This document shows positions 51,655 to 60,148 of a stretch of DNA of 64,000 nt, piece after piece. Position 1 is the stretch's first letter, and every line of letters starts with the position of its first letter. The notes under the pieces were generated by a model that ran no database searches, was not told the origin of the DNA, and worked only from the letters and a program-made list of their open reading frames with translations. The stretch comes from an uncultured Pseudomonadota bacterium (GTDB lineage: Bacteria > Oederibacteriota > Muellerivitia > Muellerivitales > Muellerivitaceae): assembly GCA_963770835.1 (NCBI GenBank), contig CAVYRH010000005.1, positions 96,001 to 160,000 on the forward strand. Reading direction: 5' to 3'. The position numbers were made by a program, and so were the translations under genes.

Positions 51655-53397
51655 ATGCCTTCCTCCGGGAAACCCAGGATTCACGCTTCTTTTGACCCTC
51701 TATTTTGGGTTTGGCTGATTTATTTCCTCCTCCTTTGGCAAATACTCCTTTGGGCCCAAAATCCCGGTTTGATGTCGGATGACAGCGGGGAAATGGCAGC
51801 GGCAGCTTTTGGCTTGGGGTTGCCTCATCCGCCGGGATACCCGGTTTTGGGCCTGCTTGGCCATCTCATTTGCCAAATCCCACTTGGAACCATAGCTTTC
51901 CGCTTAAATCTCTCTTCCGAGTTTTTAGCCCTTTTTTCCCTTCTTTTCATCCTGGACACCTGTCGGAGGCTGAAAAGCCTCAAGCCCAAGAAGCCATCCG
52001 GCGGTACTTTACTTTCGCGAGAACTCCTTTTGGCGACCATGGGGATTGTTTTTGTCTCCTGCCGAGACGTTTTCGCGCAAGGCTTGACGGCTAAGGGTTG
52101 TGTTTACACTCTTACTCTCCTTTTCACCTCGGCGGCGGTCTGGCTTTACGTCTTCCAACAAAATCATCCGGAGGATAATCGCCCCTTGATGGGAGCCTGG
52201 TTTTTATGGGCGGTTGGATTAGCCAACCACTGGCAAACCATGATCCTCTGGGTTCCGTTTCTGCTGGTTTGGTCTCTGCAAAGAGGGAAGCGGTGGAAGA
52301 AGCGGACAACCCTGTTGGCAGCAACACTTGTTGTTCTGGGAGCCTCCTTCTACATCTACCTTCCCCTTCGAGCCCGCCTTAATTGTGAGCCTTGTTGGGG
52401 TTATCCCATCAACCTTCCCTTGTTTTATTGGGTCGTGTCCCGGCAACTCGTGGCGGGTGTTGAGCACTGGACTCAAAGCACTGTCTTCTATCATGAATCG
52501 GTCGATGAAATGGCCAAGGCTCTTTTCCTCAATTGGCTTCCGGGTTTCGCGGGTTTGAGCCTGGCTGGGATGATCCTTTTGTGGAAACAAAGCCGGAGCT
52601 TGTTTTACGGCCTTATAGCCCTTTTCGTACCGGTTTTCCTCGGCATATTCGCAATCCATGAGCAGTACAACACCTATCTCATGCCGGTCTATCTTGTATC
52701 ACTAGCCGGACTTGGAATCCTATTTGGTTTTATTGCGTTACGGCGGATTTTAGAAATGATTGACCGACCTGAAACAGCGATGCTTTTGATAGTAATGTTG
52801 TGCTTATTATCAACGTGGTGGTTGCAGCACGTCTTCCAGCTCGAGGATAAAAGCCGTTACACCCTAGCGGAAGATTTTGGGACCAATGTCCTAAAGGGAC
52901 TGCCAAGGGGAGCCATTCTCCTAGCCGACGGTGACCATTACGTCATGCCCATTTGGTACGAGCATTTCGCCAAGGGGTTGAGGCCCGACCTGGTTTTTGA
53001 GCCTTCGGTTTTTCTTTACCATGGATGGGGATGGAAACAACTAGCCGATCAGTCGGAGGATTTGAGGCCAATGGTGACTTCCTCCGACCTTTTCCAGGAC
53101 AGGCTCAACGCCCTGACCCGGGCTTATGCACGGCATCCCCTTTTTTACTCCCTGGGCCGGGAATTCATGCAACCGGCCTTGGAGAAAATGCCCGGAACCT
53201 GGCTACCTAGGGGTTTAGCTTATGCCTGGGAGTCTCGGAGGCCCACTCCAAGCGAAGTGGTAAGCCAGGCATCCCGAATTATTGCGAGTGAGAGGCTTCG
53301 GGGCCTGGAATACTTTCAGGCCGCCGGGGAACTGGACTTTTCCACCCAGCAAATCTATCGCTTTTACGCCGACCAATTAACCCTGTTTAAACAGTAA
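51655..53397 (+). CDS. DUF2723 / TMEM260-like GT-C protein O-glycosyltransferase candidate
   Basis: 'DDSGEMAAAAFGLGLPHPPGYP', 'GLANH', 'YIYLPLRA...WG', 'LPRGAILLADGD'. Confidence 0.82.
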   Translation: MPSSGKPRIHASFDPLFWVWLIYFLLLWQILLWAQNPGLMSDDSGEMAAAAFGLGLPHPPGYPVLGLLGHLICQIPLGTIAFRLNLSSEFLALFSLLFILDTCRRLKSLKPKKPSGGTLLSRELLLATMGIVFVSCRDVFAQGLTAKGCVYTLTLLFTSAAVWLYVFQQNHPEDNRPLMGAWFLWAVGLANHWQTMILWVPFLLVWSLQRGKRWKKRTTLLAATLVVLGASFYIYLPLRARLNCEPCWGYPINLPLFYWVVSRQLVAGVEHWTQSTVFYHESVDEMAKALFLNWLPGFAGLSLAGMILLWKQSRSLFYGLIALFVPVFLGIFAIHEQYNTYLMPVYLVSLAGLGILFGFIALRRILEMIDRPETAMLLIVMLCLLSTWWLQHVFQLEDKSRYTLAEDFGTNVLKGLPRGAILLADGDHYVMPIWYEHFAKGLRPDLVFEPSVFLYHGWGWKQLADQSEDLRPMVTSSDLFQDRLNALTRAYARHPLFYSLGREFMQPALEKMPGTWLPRGLAYAWESRRPTPSEVVSQASRIIASERLRGLEYFQAAGELDFSTQQIYRFYADQLTLFKQ

Positions 53398-53477
53398 ATA
53401 TTGGGGTTTTCGCCTCCCCTATTGGTATAATGCTTCCTGTTTAACCAACACTTTTGAACACTTCTCCGTGAGGGAAA

Positions 53478-55781
53478 ATGGACCTTCAAGAAATCCTTAA
53501 TTCCATGGTCAGCAAAAAGGCCTCGGATGTCCATTTGAAGGCCGGCGCCCCCCCGCAATTCCGCATTGATGGTGACCTGATCCCCCAAAGCGATACCCCC
53601 TTGACTCCCCAGGAACTGGCCGAAGTGGCCACCTACCTCATGGACGAGAAGCAGCAACGCCAGTTCTTCGAGGAACGCAAGGAAGTGGACTTGGCCTATG
53701 CCGTGGAGGGTTTGGCCCGCTTCAGGACCAACGCCATGTGGCAAAGGGGCCTGCCGGAAATCATCATGCGCGTCATCCCCCAGCGCATCCCCAACATCGA
53801 GGACATCAACATGCCCACGGCGATCCTCAAGCAAATCGCCATGGAACAGCGGGGATTGATCCTGGTGACGGGCATAACGGGGTCTGGGAAATCCACCACC
53901 CTGGCCTCCCTCATCAACGAAATGAACATGAACCGCTCCGCCCATATCGTGACGGTGGAGGACCCCATCGAGTTCGTCCACCCGGACAAGAAATCCAGCG
54001 TTTCCCAAAGGGAAGTGGGCCTGGATACCGAGAGTTTCAAATCCGCCCTCAAGTACGTCCTGCGGCAGGACCCGGACATCATTCTCATCGGGGAAATGCG
54101 CGACGTGGAGACCGTTCAGGCGGCCATCACGGCCGCGGAAACGGGCCATTTGGTCCTTTCCACCCTGCATACCATGGACACTATCCAGACCATCGAACGC
54201 ATCCTGGACTTTTTCCCACCCGAACAGCAAAACCAGATCCGGGTGCAGTTGTCGGGCACCCTCAGGGCCGTCATTTGCCAGCGCCTGGTAAATAAGGCTG
54301 ACGGCGTGGGGGTTGTGCCCGCCGCCGAAATCATGATCGTGACGCCCACCATCAAGTCGATCATCGCCGAGGGCAAGATTTCCTCGGTGCGCCAGTACAT
54401 CGCCGAGGGCCAGAGCCAGTACGGCATGCAGACCTTCGACCAGTCCCTCATCCAATTGGTGCGCAAGGGCCTGATCACCAAGGAAAGCGCCATGGAACAG
54501 GCCTCCTCGCCTTCCGAAATCGATCTGGGGCTGAAGGGAATCTCCTCCTCCAAGGCCTCGGCCCAGTCATTGATTTCCCAGATGGAAAACTCCCAGCAAA
54601 AGGAACGCGTTATCGGCTGGCTCAAGCGGGCCCAAGAATATTACGAGAAGCGCCGCTACGACGAAACCCGGGCGGAACTCAAAAGGATCCTTCAGGAAGT
54701 GCCTGACCACAAGGAAGCCAACACCCTCATGGCCCGTTTAAGGGAAATGGACAATCAAACCGAAAAAAAGAAGGACGCTTCGGGCAACATCAAGGCCGCC
54801 TTGCAGCTTTACCGGGAAGGTAAGTCAGAGTCGGCCATCCTGGAGTTCCGGAAGGCCCTGGAAGTGGACCCGGAAAACAAGCAGGCCCAGGCCTACATCA
54901 AGTCCATCCAGGCGGAAATGGAAAACCGCACCCGGGCCCGGGAACATTTCCAGGCCGCCTTGTCGGCCCAGCAGCAAAACGACTTCGCGGGGGCGCTGGC
55001 CCAAGTCGAGCAGGCCCTTGTCCTGGACCCTGAAAACGAGCAGGTGAAGGTTCTGGAGAGAAACCTCAAGGCCTCCGTCCAAAAAGAACAGGCTAAGGCC
55101 AAGGCTGAAAGTTTGAACCAGTCGGCCATCGAGCTTTATAAAAGCGGGGATTTGTTGGGGGCCCTTGTGGCCTGGAACAAGGCTTATGAAATCAATTCGG
55201 AACTGGCCGACGTGGCCAACTACATCCAACAGGGTACCGCGAAACTCCTTTCTTTCGGGGTGGACGGCATCGACGCCAACCCCGAGAAGCAAGTCATCCT
55301 CAACCTCTTTGAACAAGGCGTTCGAAGCTACGTCCGCAGCGACTTCCAGACAGCCATGGATTTTTTCAAGAAGGGCCTTTCCAAGGCGGATGGGAACGCA
55401 TACTTGAGCGCTTACCTCCAAAAATCATCCCAAATGCAGGAACAGCAGGTGGCCGAGTTTTTCCAGGAGGCGGTCCAGCTCCAGCAGGCGGGGGACCTGG
55501 CGGGAGCCCAAAGGGAATTCACGAAGGTCCTCCGGCTTTCTCCGGGCCATCCCCAAGCCGTCCAGCAATTGGCGGCCCTCAAGGCCAACATCCAGCAAAA
55601 GGGAGAAAAGCTATACGCGGACGGCAAGCAGTTCTTTGACGCCAACCAGATGGACCAGGCGATCCGCGTTTGGAACCAGATTCTGGAACTGGATCCCTCC
55701 AACGAAAGGGCCCAAAAGAAGATCGAGGAAGCTAAAATCAAGAAAAACACCTTAAGCGGCATCTTTTCCAAAATCAGCTGA
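53478..55781 (+). CDS. PilT/PilU-family type IV pilus ATPase fused to a ~400-aa TPR region
   Basis: ASDVHL, GITGSGKSTT, EDPIE, 'LRQDPDIILIGEMRD', 'TGHLVLSTLH', GMQTFDQSL, then TPR repeats. Confidence 0.9.
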   Translation: MDLQEILNSMVSKKASDVHLKAGAPPQFRIDGDLIPQSDTPLTPQELAEVATYLMDEKQQRQFFEERKEVDLAYAVEGLARFRTNAMWQRGLPEIIMRVIPQRIPNIEDINMPTAILKQIAMEQRGLILVTGITGSGKSTTLASLINEMNMNRSAHIVTVEDPIEFVHPDKKSSVSQREVGLDTESFKSALKYVLRQDPDIILIGEMRDVETVQAAITAAETGHLVLSTLHTMDTIQTIERILDFFPPEQQNQIRVQLSGTLRAVICQRLVNKADGVGVVPAAEIMIVTPTIKSIIAEGKISSVRQYIAEGQSQYGMQTFDQSLIQLVRKGLITKESAMEQASSPSEIDLGLKGISSSKASAQSLISQMENSQQKERVIGWLKRAQEYYEKRRYDETRAELKRILQEVPDHKEANTLMARLREMDNQTEKKKDASGNIKAALQLYREGKSESAILEFRKALEVDPENKQAQAYIKSIQAEMENRTRAREHFQAALSAQQQNDFAGALAQVEQALVLDPENEQVKVLERNLKASVQKEQAKAKAESLNQSAIELYKSGDLLGALVAWNKAYEINSELADVANYIQQGTAKLLSFGVDGIDANPEKQVILNLFEQGVRSYVRSDFQTAMDFFKKGLSKADGNAYLSAYLQKSSQMQEQQVAEFFQEAVQLQQAGDLAGAQREFTKVLRLSPGHPQAVQQLAALKANIQQKGEKLYADGKQFFDANQMDQAIRVWNQILELDPSNERAQKKIEEAKIKKNTLSGIFSKIS

Positions 55782-55801
55782 AATGAAAGAGGGGATTTGA
55801 C

Positions 55802-56230
55802 ATGAGGGGAAGCGATTCCATGGTTAAAAATCTGGTCATCTTCGCGGTGATCCTGATCGTTGTCTTCATCATCGTGCTCAATTCCGGCATGGTGGCCGAC
55901 CAAGTGGTTGGCTGGGTCAAGGACCACCCCAAGGATCCGAATGCGGCCGACGTGCTCTACCGTACGGCCCGTTGGTGCGACATCTTGGGTAATAACGACA
56001 AGGCGGCGGAGCTTTATTGGATGCTTTACCAGGAATACCCGGAACGGGCCGAGCTTTGCGCCCCGGCGCTTTATTACACGGCCTATGACAAGGCCAATGG
56101 AACGTATATCGTGGGGATCAAGAAGCAGGCCCTCACTTATTTGGACATCCTCTTGAACCAGTATTCGGGGCAGTCGGAGTGGTGCACCAAGGGGAAACAA
56201 CTTCAAGATGAGGTGAATTATGCCCATTGA
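55802..56230 (+). CDS. Small membrane-anchored TPR-like protein
   Basis: N-terminal TM; helical 'AAELYWMLYQEYPE' and 'ILLNQYS' resembling YbgF/BamD-type TPR; overlaps the next gene. Confidence 0.6.
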   Translation: MRGSDSMVKNLVIFAVILIVVFIIVLNSGMVADQVVGWVKDHPKDPNAADVLYRTARWCDILGNNDKAAELYWMLYQEYPERAELCAPALYYTAYDKANGTYIVGIKKQALTYLDILLNQYSGQSEWCTKGKQLQDEVNYAH

Positions 56231-57170
56231 CAGGCATTTCTGGGTCAAGGCCTTTCCGCTGGCGGCGGCCGTCTTCCTGACAGCCTTTCCCTTAAGAGCT
56301 GCCACTATCGAGGTGGAAAGCGATGACGAAGAGATAGCGGCCTCGCCCACGCCCAGTGCTCCGGTCCCCGTTCCATCGCCTTCGAAACAGGCGGCGTCCT
56401 CCCTGGCTGTTCCAAAGGCACAACTTCCTCCGGCCACCCCCAACCCCGAGGCTCCTCCCCCCACTCGACGGGTGAGGATCAGCGACAACGTGGGTTTTTA
56501 TTATTTTGTCAAGGCCGGCTATGTAGCCGATCCCGACAAGGTCCCCTCCATCGGCCATGTGGTTGGAAATATGGATTACAATATGGCCTACAGTATGCCC
56601 AAAAAGACCTTTATCGAGACGGATTCGGACAAGGACAAACTCTCAACGGGCGATTTATTGGTGATTTACCGCACGGTTCAACCTGTCAACGAAACCCATT
56701 CAGGCTCCCTTGGTTACCAGGTGGAAAACCTGGCTATCGTCCGGGTGGTGGAAACCCAGACGCTCCGTTATTTAGTGGAAGTGATCAAGTCCTTCGCGCC
56801 CTTCCAAGCAGGTGATAAGGTTGAAAGCTACGACAATGAAATCCAGCGTTGGAAACAGGCCCAGATCAAAAAGCCCCTGCCAGCCCAGCCAGTAAAATGC
56901 TACGTGACGGGCGGTTGGGGACAGGCAGGCCAACTGAGATATAACCAAATGGATTACATCTATCTTTCCGCGGGGACGAAAGAAGGGGTGGTGGAAGGTG
57001 AGACCTTCCGTTTGTGGCAGGTGACCGACACAGGTTTGATGGAGGAATCCCTCCGGATGCCCGCAGGGGAAGCCCAGGTCATTTTTGCAGGCCCCGACTG
57101 TTCCACCGCCCAAATCCTGAAGAATAGTGAACCCATCGAAAAAAGTTTCGAGGCCGATTACAAGCCCTAG
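56220..57170 (+). CDS. Exported protein with Pro-rich linker and TsaP/FlgT-C-like beta domains
   Basis: Signal peptide (LRA|A); Pro-rich segment; 'YIYLSAGTKEGVVEGETF...GEAQVI...STAQIL'. Confidence 0.55.
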   Translation: MPIDRHFWVKAFPLAAAVFLTAFPLRAATIEVESDDEEIAASPTPSAPVPVPSPSKQAASSLAVPKAQLPPATPNPEAPPPTRRVRISDNVGFYYFVKAGYVADPDKVPSIGHVVGNMDYNMAYSMPKKTFIETDSDKDKLSTGDLLVIYRTVQPVNETHSGSLGYQVENLAIVRVVETQTLRYLVEVIKSFAPFQAGDKVESYDNEIQRWKQAQIKKPLPAQPVKCYVTGGWGQAGQLRYNQMDYIYLSAGTKEGVVEGETFRLWQVTDTGLMEESLRMPAGEAQVIFAGPDCSTAQILKNSEPIEKSFEADYKP

Positions 57171-57201
57171 GAGGAACCCAGCCCCCGCCAAGGACGCATC
57201 C

Positions 57202-58050
57202 ATGACCGTGAAGAGCGAGGAAGACCCGAATTTCAACCAGATCCTGGCTTTCCTCCTAAGGGCAAAGGGTTTCGATGGGCACAATTATAAACCTAATTAT
57301 ATTAAGCGCCGCATCGCGGTGAGAATGCGGGCGACAGGGTCGGTGAGTTACCGGGATTATTTGGCGGTTTTGGGAAGGGACCGCATGGAACCGTCCCACC
57401 TGCTGGACCGCCTGACCATCCATGTCACGGAATTTTTTCGGGATCCCTCGGTCTACAAAGCGCTGACGGAAAGGATCCTTCCGGAATTTTCCGGTGTTCC
57501 GGGCGGAAAACTGAGGGTCTGGTGCGCGGGGTGTAGCACTGGGGAAGAGGCTTATTCGGCCGCCATCCTGCTCAAGGAATGGGTGGCAGCCTACCCGAAA
57601 CTTTCCATTGAGATTCTGGCGACAGATATCGACGGGGCCAGCGTCAAAACGGCCGAAAAAGGGGATTATCCCGTCGAGGCCGTCAAACGGGTTCCCCGGC
57701 CCCAGGTGGCCCGGTGGTTCCGCACGGTGGGTTCCAGGGTCCTGGTTTCCCAGGAGTTGAAGCACCTCATCCGGTTTCGGGTGCATGACCTGTTGGGGAA
57801 TTGGGAGTCCGCCCTTTCCGGGTTCCATCTTCTTTTTTGCCGGAACCTCTTGATATATCTCACGGGCCCCCAACAACAGAAACTTTACGAACACTTCGCA
57901 GGAGCGATGGTGCCCGGTGGATACCTGGTTTTGGGGCTGACCGAAACACTTTTGGGGCCCGCTCGCCGCTTTTACCGTTGTGTGGACGTGAAGCACCGCA
58001 TTTATCAGGTCCTTCCTGGGATTGATAAAACAACAACGACGGGATCATAA
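57202..58050 (+). CDS. cheR: Chemotaxis protein-glutamate methyltransferase CheR
   Basis: 'TIHVTEFFRD', 'VWCAGCSTGEEAYS', ATDID and CRNLLIY. Confidence 0.93.
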   Translation: MTVKSEEDPNFNQILAFLLRAKGFDGHNYKPNYIKRRIAVRMRATGSVSYRDYLAVLGRDRMEPSHLLDRLTIHVTEFFRDPSVYKALTERILPEFSGVPGGKLRVWCAGCSTGEEAYSAAILLKEWVAAYPKLSIEILATDIDGASVKTAEKGDYPVEAVKRVPRPQVARWFRTVGSRVLVSQELKHLIRFRVHDLLGNWESALSGFHLLFCRNLLIYLTGPQQQKLYEHFAGAMVPGGYLVLGLTETLLGPARRFYRCVDVKHRIYQVLPGIDKTTTTGS

Positions 58051-58062
58051 AAAGGGCCAACC

Positions 58063-59244
58063 ATGGACAAAGCACAGGACCACATCAATCTCGGCACCGC
58101 CTTTTCCCTTTCCCGGCGGTTTGAGGACGCCATTGTGGAATTCAAAAAGGCGCTGGAAATGAGCCCCTCGGACGGGGAGATCCTATTTCAATTGGGCGGG
58201 CTTTGCACCAACGTTGGGAATTATGGCGAGGCCGAAACCCATTACCGGAAGTCCCTGGACATCAACCCCATGAACCTGAACGCCCATTGCAAGCTGGGTC
58301 TGCTTTTGGAAGTGCAGGGTAAGTACCCCGAGGCGGTGGAAGAATTCAAGAAAGCCGTCGAGTTGAACCCCGATGACGCGGGTCTTTACAACAACCTGGG
58401 GAACGTTTTTTCAAAGATGGGCAAGTATCAGGAGTCGGTGGAACAGTACCAGAAGTATATTTCCATCAATCCCAGCAACGCTGAAATTTTCTTTAAAATG
58501 GGGTACGCTTTCGAGCAGGACGGGCAATTGGAGGGGGCCGTTTCGGCCTATGAGAGGGCGCTGATCATCAACCCCCGGCATGGGGCGGTTTACGCCATTC
58601 TGGGGAACGCCTACCTGAAACGCGGGGAATACGCGGCGGCCATCACCCAGTTCCAACAGGCCCTGAAAATCAACCCCAATGAGCCGGAAGTTCACTTAAA
58701 GCTGGGGCAGGCCTATATGTCCATGGGCCGCTACGACGACGCCCTAATCGTTCTCCAACAGGCGCGGGTTCGGAACCCAAACAATACGGAAGTCTACCTC
58801 AAAATGGGCATGATCTACGCCGGGCGGGGCCGACACGAGGAGGCCATCCAAATGTACCGGAAAGTCATGGAGATCAACCCGCACGACGCCAGCGTGCACA
58901 ATGTACTTGGATATATTTACGACAAGCAGGGTGATTTACAGAAGGCCCTTGAGGAATACCAGGCGGCCAAGGCCATCAATCCCAACGACATCCTGATTCT
59001 GGACAACCTCGGGAACCTGAACTACCGGCAAGGGAACTTCGACGCGGCGGCGGCGGATTACGAAAAGGTAGTGGCCTTGAACCCCGCCCACGGCGATGCC
59101 CACTCAAAACTCGGGAATATCTACCTGAAGAAGGGGGACCGCCCCCAAGCGGTGGCCCATTGGGAAAAGGCCCTCGCCCTGGACCCCGGTAATGAGATCC
59201 TGAAAAACAACCTGAGGATTTTAGGAGAAACCAAACCCGTATGA
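58063..59244 (+). CDS. All-TPR protein (~11 repeats)
   Basis: Regular 34-aa repeats ending 'AL/VxINP'. Confidence 0.9.
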   Translation: MDKAQDHINLGTAFSLSRRFEDAIVEFKKALEMSPSDGEILFQLGGLCTNVGNYGEAETHYRKSLDINPMNLNAHCKLGLLLEVQGKYPEAVEEFKKAVELNPDDAGLYNNLGNVFSKMGKYQESVEQYQKYISINPSNAEIFFKMGYAFEQDGQLEGAVSAYERALIINPRHGAVYAILGNAYLKRGEYAAAITQFQQALKINPNEPEVHLKLGQAYMSMGRYDDALIVLQQARVRNPNNTEVYLKMGMIYAGRGRHEEAIQMYRKVMEINPHDASVHNVLGYIYDKQGDLQKALEEYQAAKAINPNDILILDNLGNLNYRQGNFDAAAADYEKVVALNPAHGDAHSKLGNIYLKKGDRPQAVAHWEKALALDPGNEILKNNLRILGETKPV

Positions 59245-59972
59245 TGAAATCCCAGGAAAAATCACTGGGCGAACTCCTGCGCCAGGCCGGAAAAATCACC
59301 TACCGCCAGATCCAGGTGGCCTTGGGCGAGCAAAAGAAGAGCCATGAGCCCATCGGGAAGGTGCTGGTGCGCCTGGGATTTGTCGAGGAACGGGACATCC
59401 TACAGGTCATGCAAGGCATGCTGGCCCTGACCTTCCGGGTTGAGAGCGAATGGTATGGGATTGAGACCTTCCGGGTCCGGGAGGTGTTGAAATACGCTTC
59501 CTTCCAGGCTTTGGAACCGCGGCGGGAGCCCTGGGAGGGGGAATTTGCCTTACGGGGCCAAAAGCTTCCCCTTTTGTCCTTCCGTAAGTTCCTGGGGCTT
59601 TCCCTTCCGGAAAATCCCAAGGGCACTTGGTTCATTGTCCTTGAAAAAGAGCGGAAATTTTTCATCCTGTGGGTCGACGAGGTGCGGGAGGTGGCCCGGT
59701 TTAAGATCGACCAGATTGAGCCCGTGCCCACCTATCTTTTCGGGAAAAAGAACGAATTGTATTACTGTTTGGGTAGAATAAAAGGAGAGCTTTATTCGAT
59801 CCTAAACCCGGACAAGCTGGCGGAGGAATCCGGCCTGCTTCCCCTGGTTCCGGGGAAAGAGGAAGCCGAAACGGTTATCCCGCCCCTTTCGGGCGGAGGC
59901 CCGGCATTGGTATCGGATGAAGTCCGCCAAAGACAAGCCCCGGCCCAGAAGCCGGAAGGCCGAAAGGGTTGA
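59241..59972 (+). CDS. CheW protein with an N-terminal MshEN (GSPII_N) domain
   Basis: 'SLGELLRQAGKITYRQIQVALGEQ-KKSHE-PIGKVLVRLGFVEERDILQVMQGM', then CheW 'FRVESEWYGIETFRVREV...LRGQKLPLL...WVDEVREV...ILNPDKL'. Confidence 0.82.
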   Translation: MMKSQEKSLGELLRQAGKITYRQIQVALGEQKKSHEPIGKVLVRLGFVEERDILQVMQGMLALTFRVESEWYGIETFRVREVLKYASFQALEPRREPWEGEFALRGQKLPLLSFRKFLGLSLPENPKGTWFIVLEKERKFFILWVDEVREVARFKIDQIEPVPTYLFGKKNELYYCLGRIKGELYSILNPDKLAEESGLLPLVPGKEEAETVIPPLSGGGPALVSDEVRQRQAPAQKPEGRKG

Positions 59973-60148
59973 GCATGCCAACCTTCATTTTTAAGCCTTT
60001 TTTAAAGAGATTGGTATTGCACCGATTTCTATATTACTTTTTCCAAAAGGAAAATCGGCGCATGCCAACCTTCATTTTTAAAGATTTCAAGGAAGTTGGT
60101 ATCGTACCAATTTCTTTAATCTATTTATTGCTATAGGAAAATTGGTAC
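59973..60148 (+). repeat. Tandem duplication of an 87-bp intergenic unit
   Basis: GCATGCCAACCTTCATTTTTAA at 59973 and 60060; ATGCC at 59975, 60062 and 60149 (exact 87-bp period). Confidence 0.85.

Noticed and set aside
53364..56488. Minus-strand ORFs of 363, 198 and 358 aa
   Set aside because: Antisense to well-supported pilT-cluster genes; typical of GC3-biased sequence
59973..60115. Sigma54 promoters at TTGGCAT/TTGGTAT
   Set aside because: No TTGC -12 element at the required spacing on either strand
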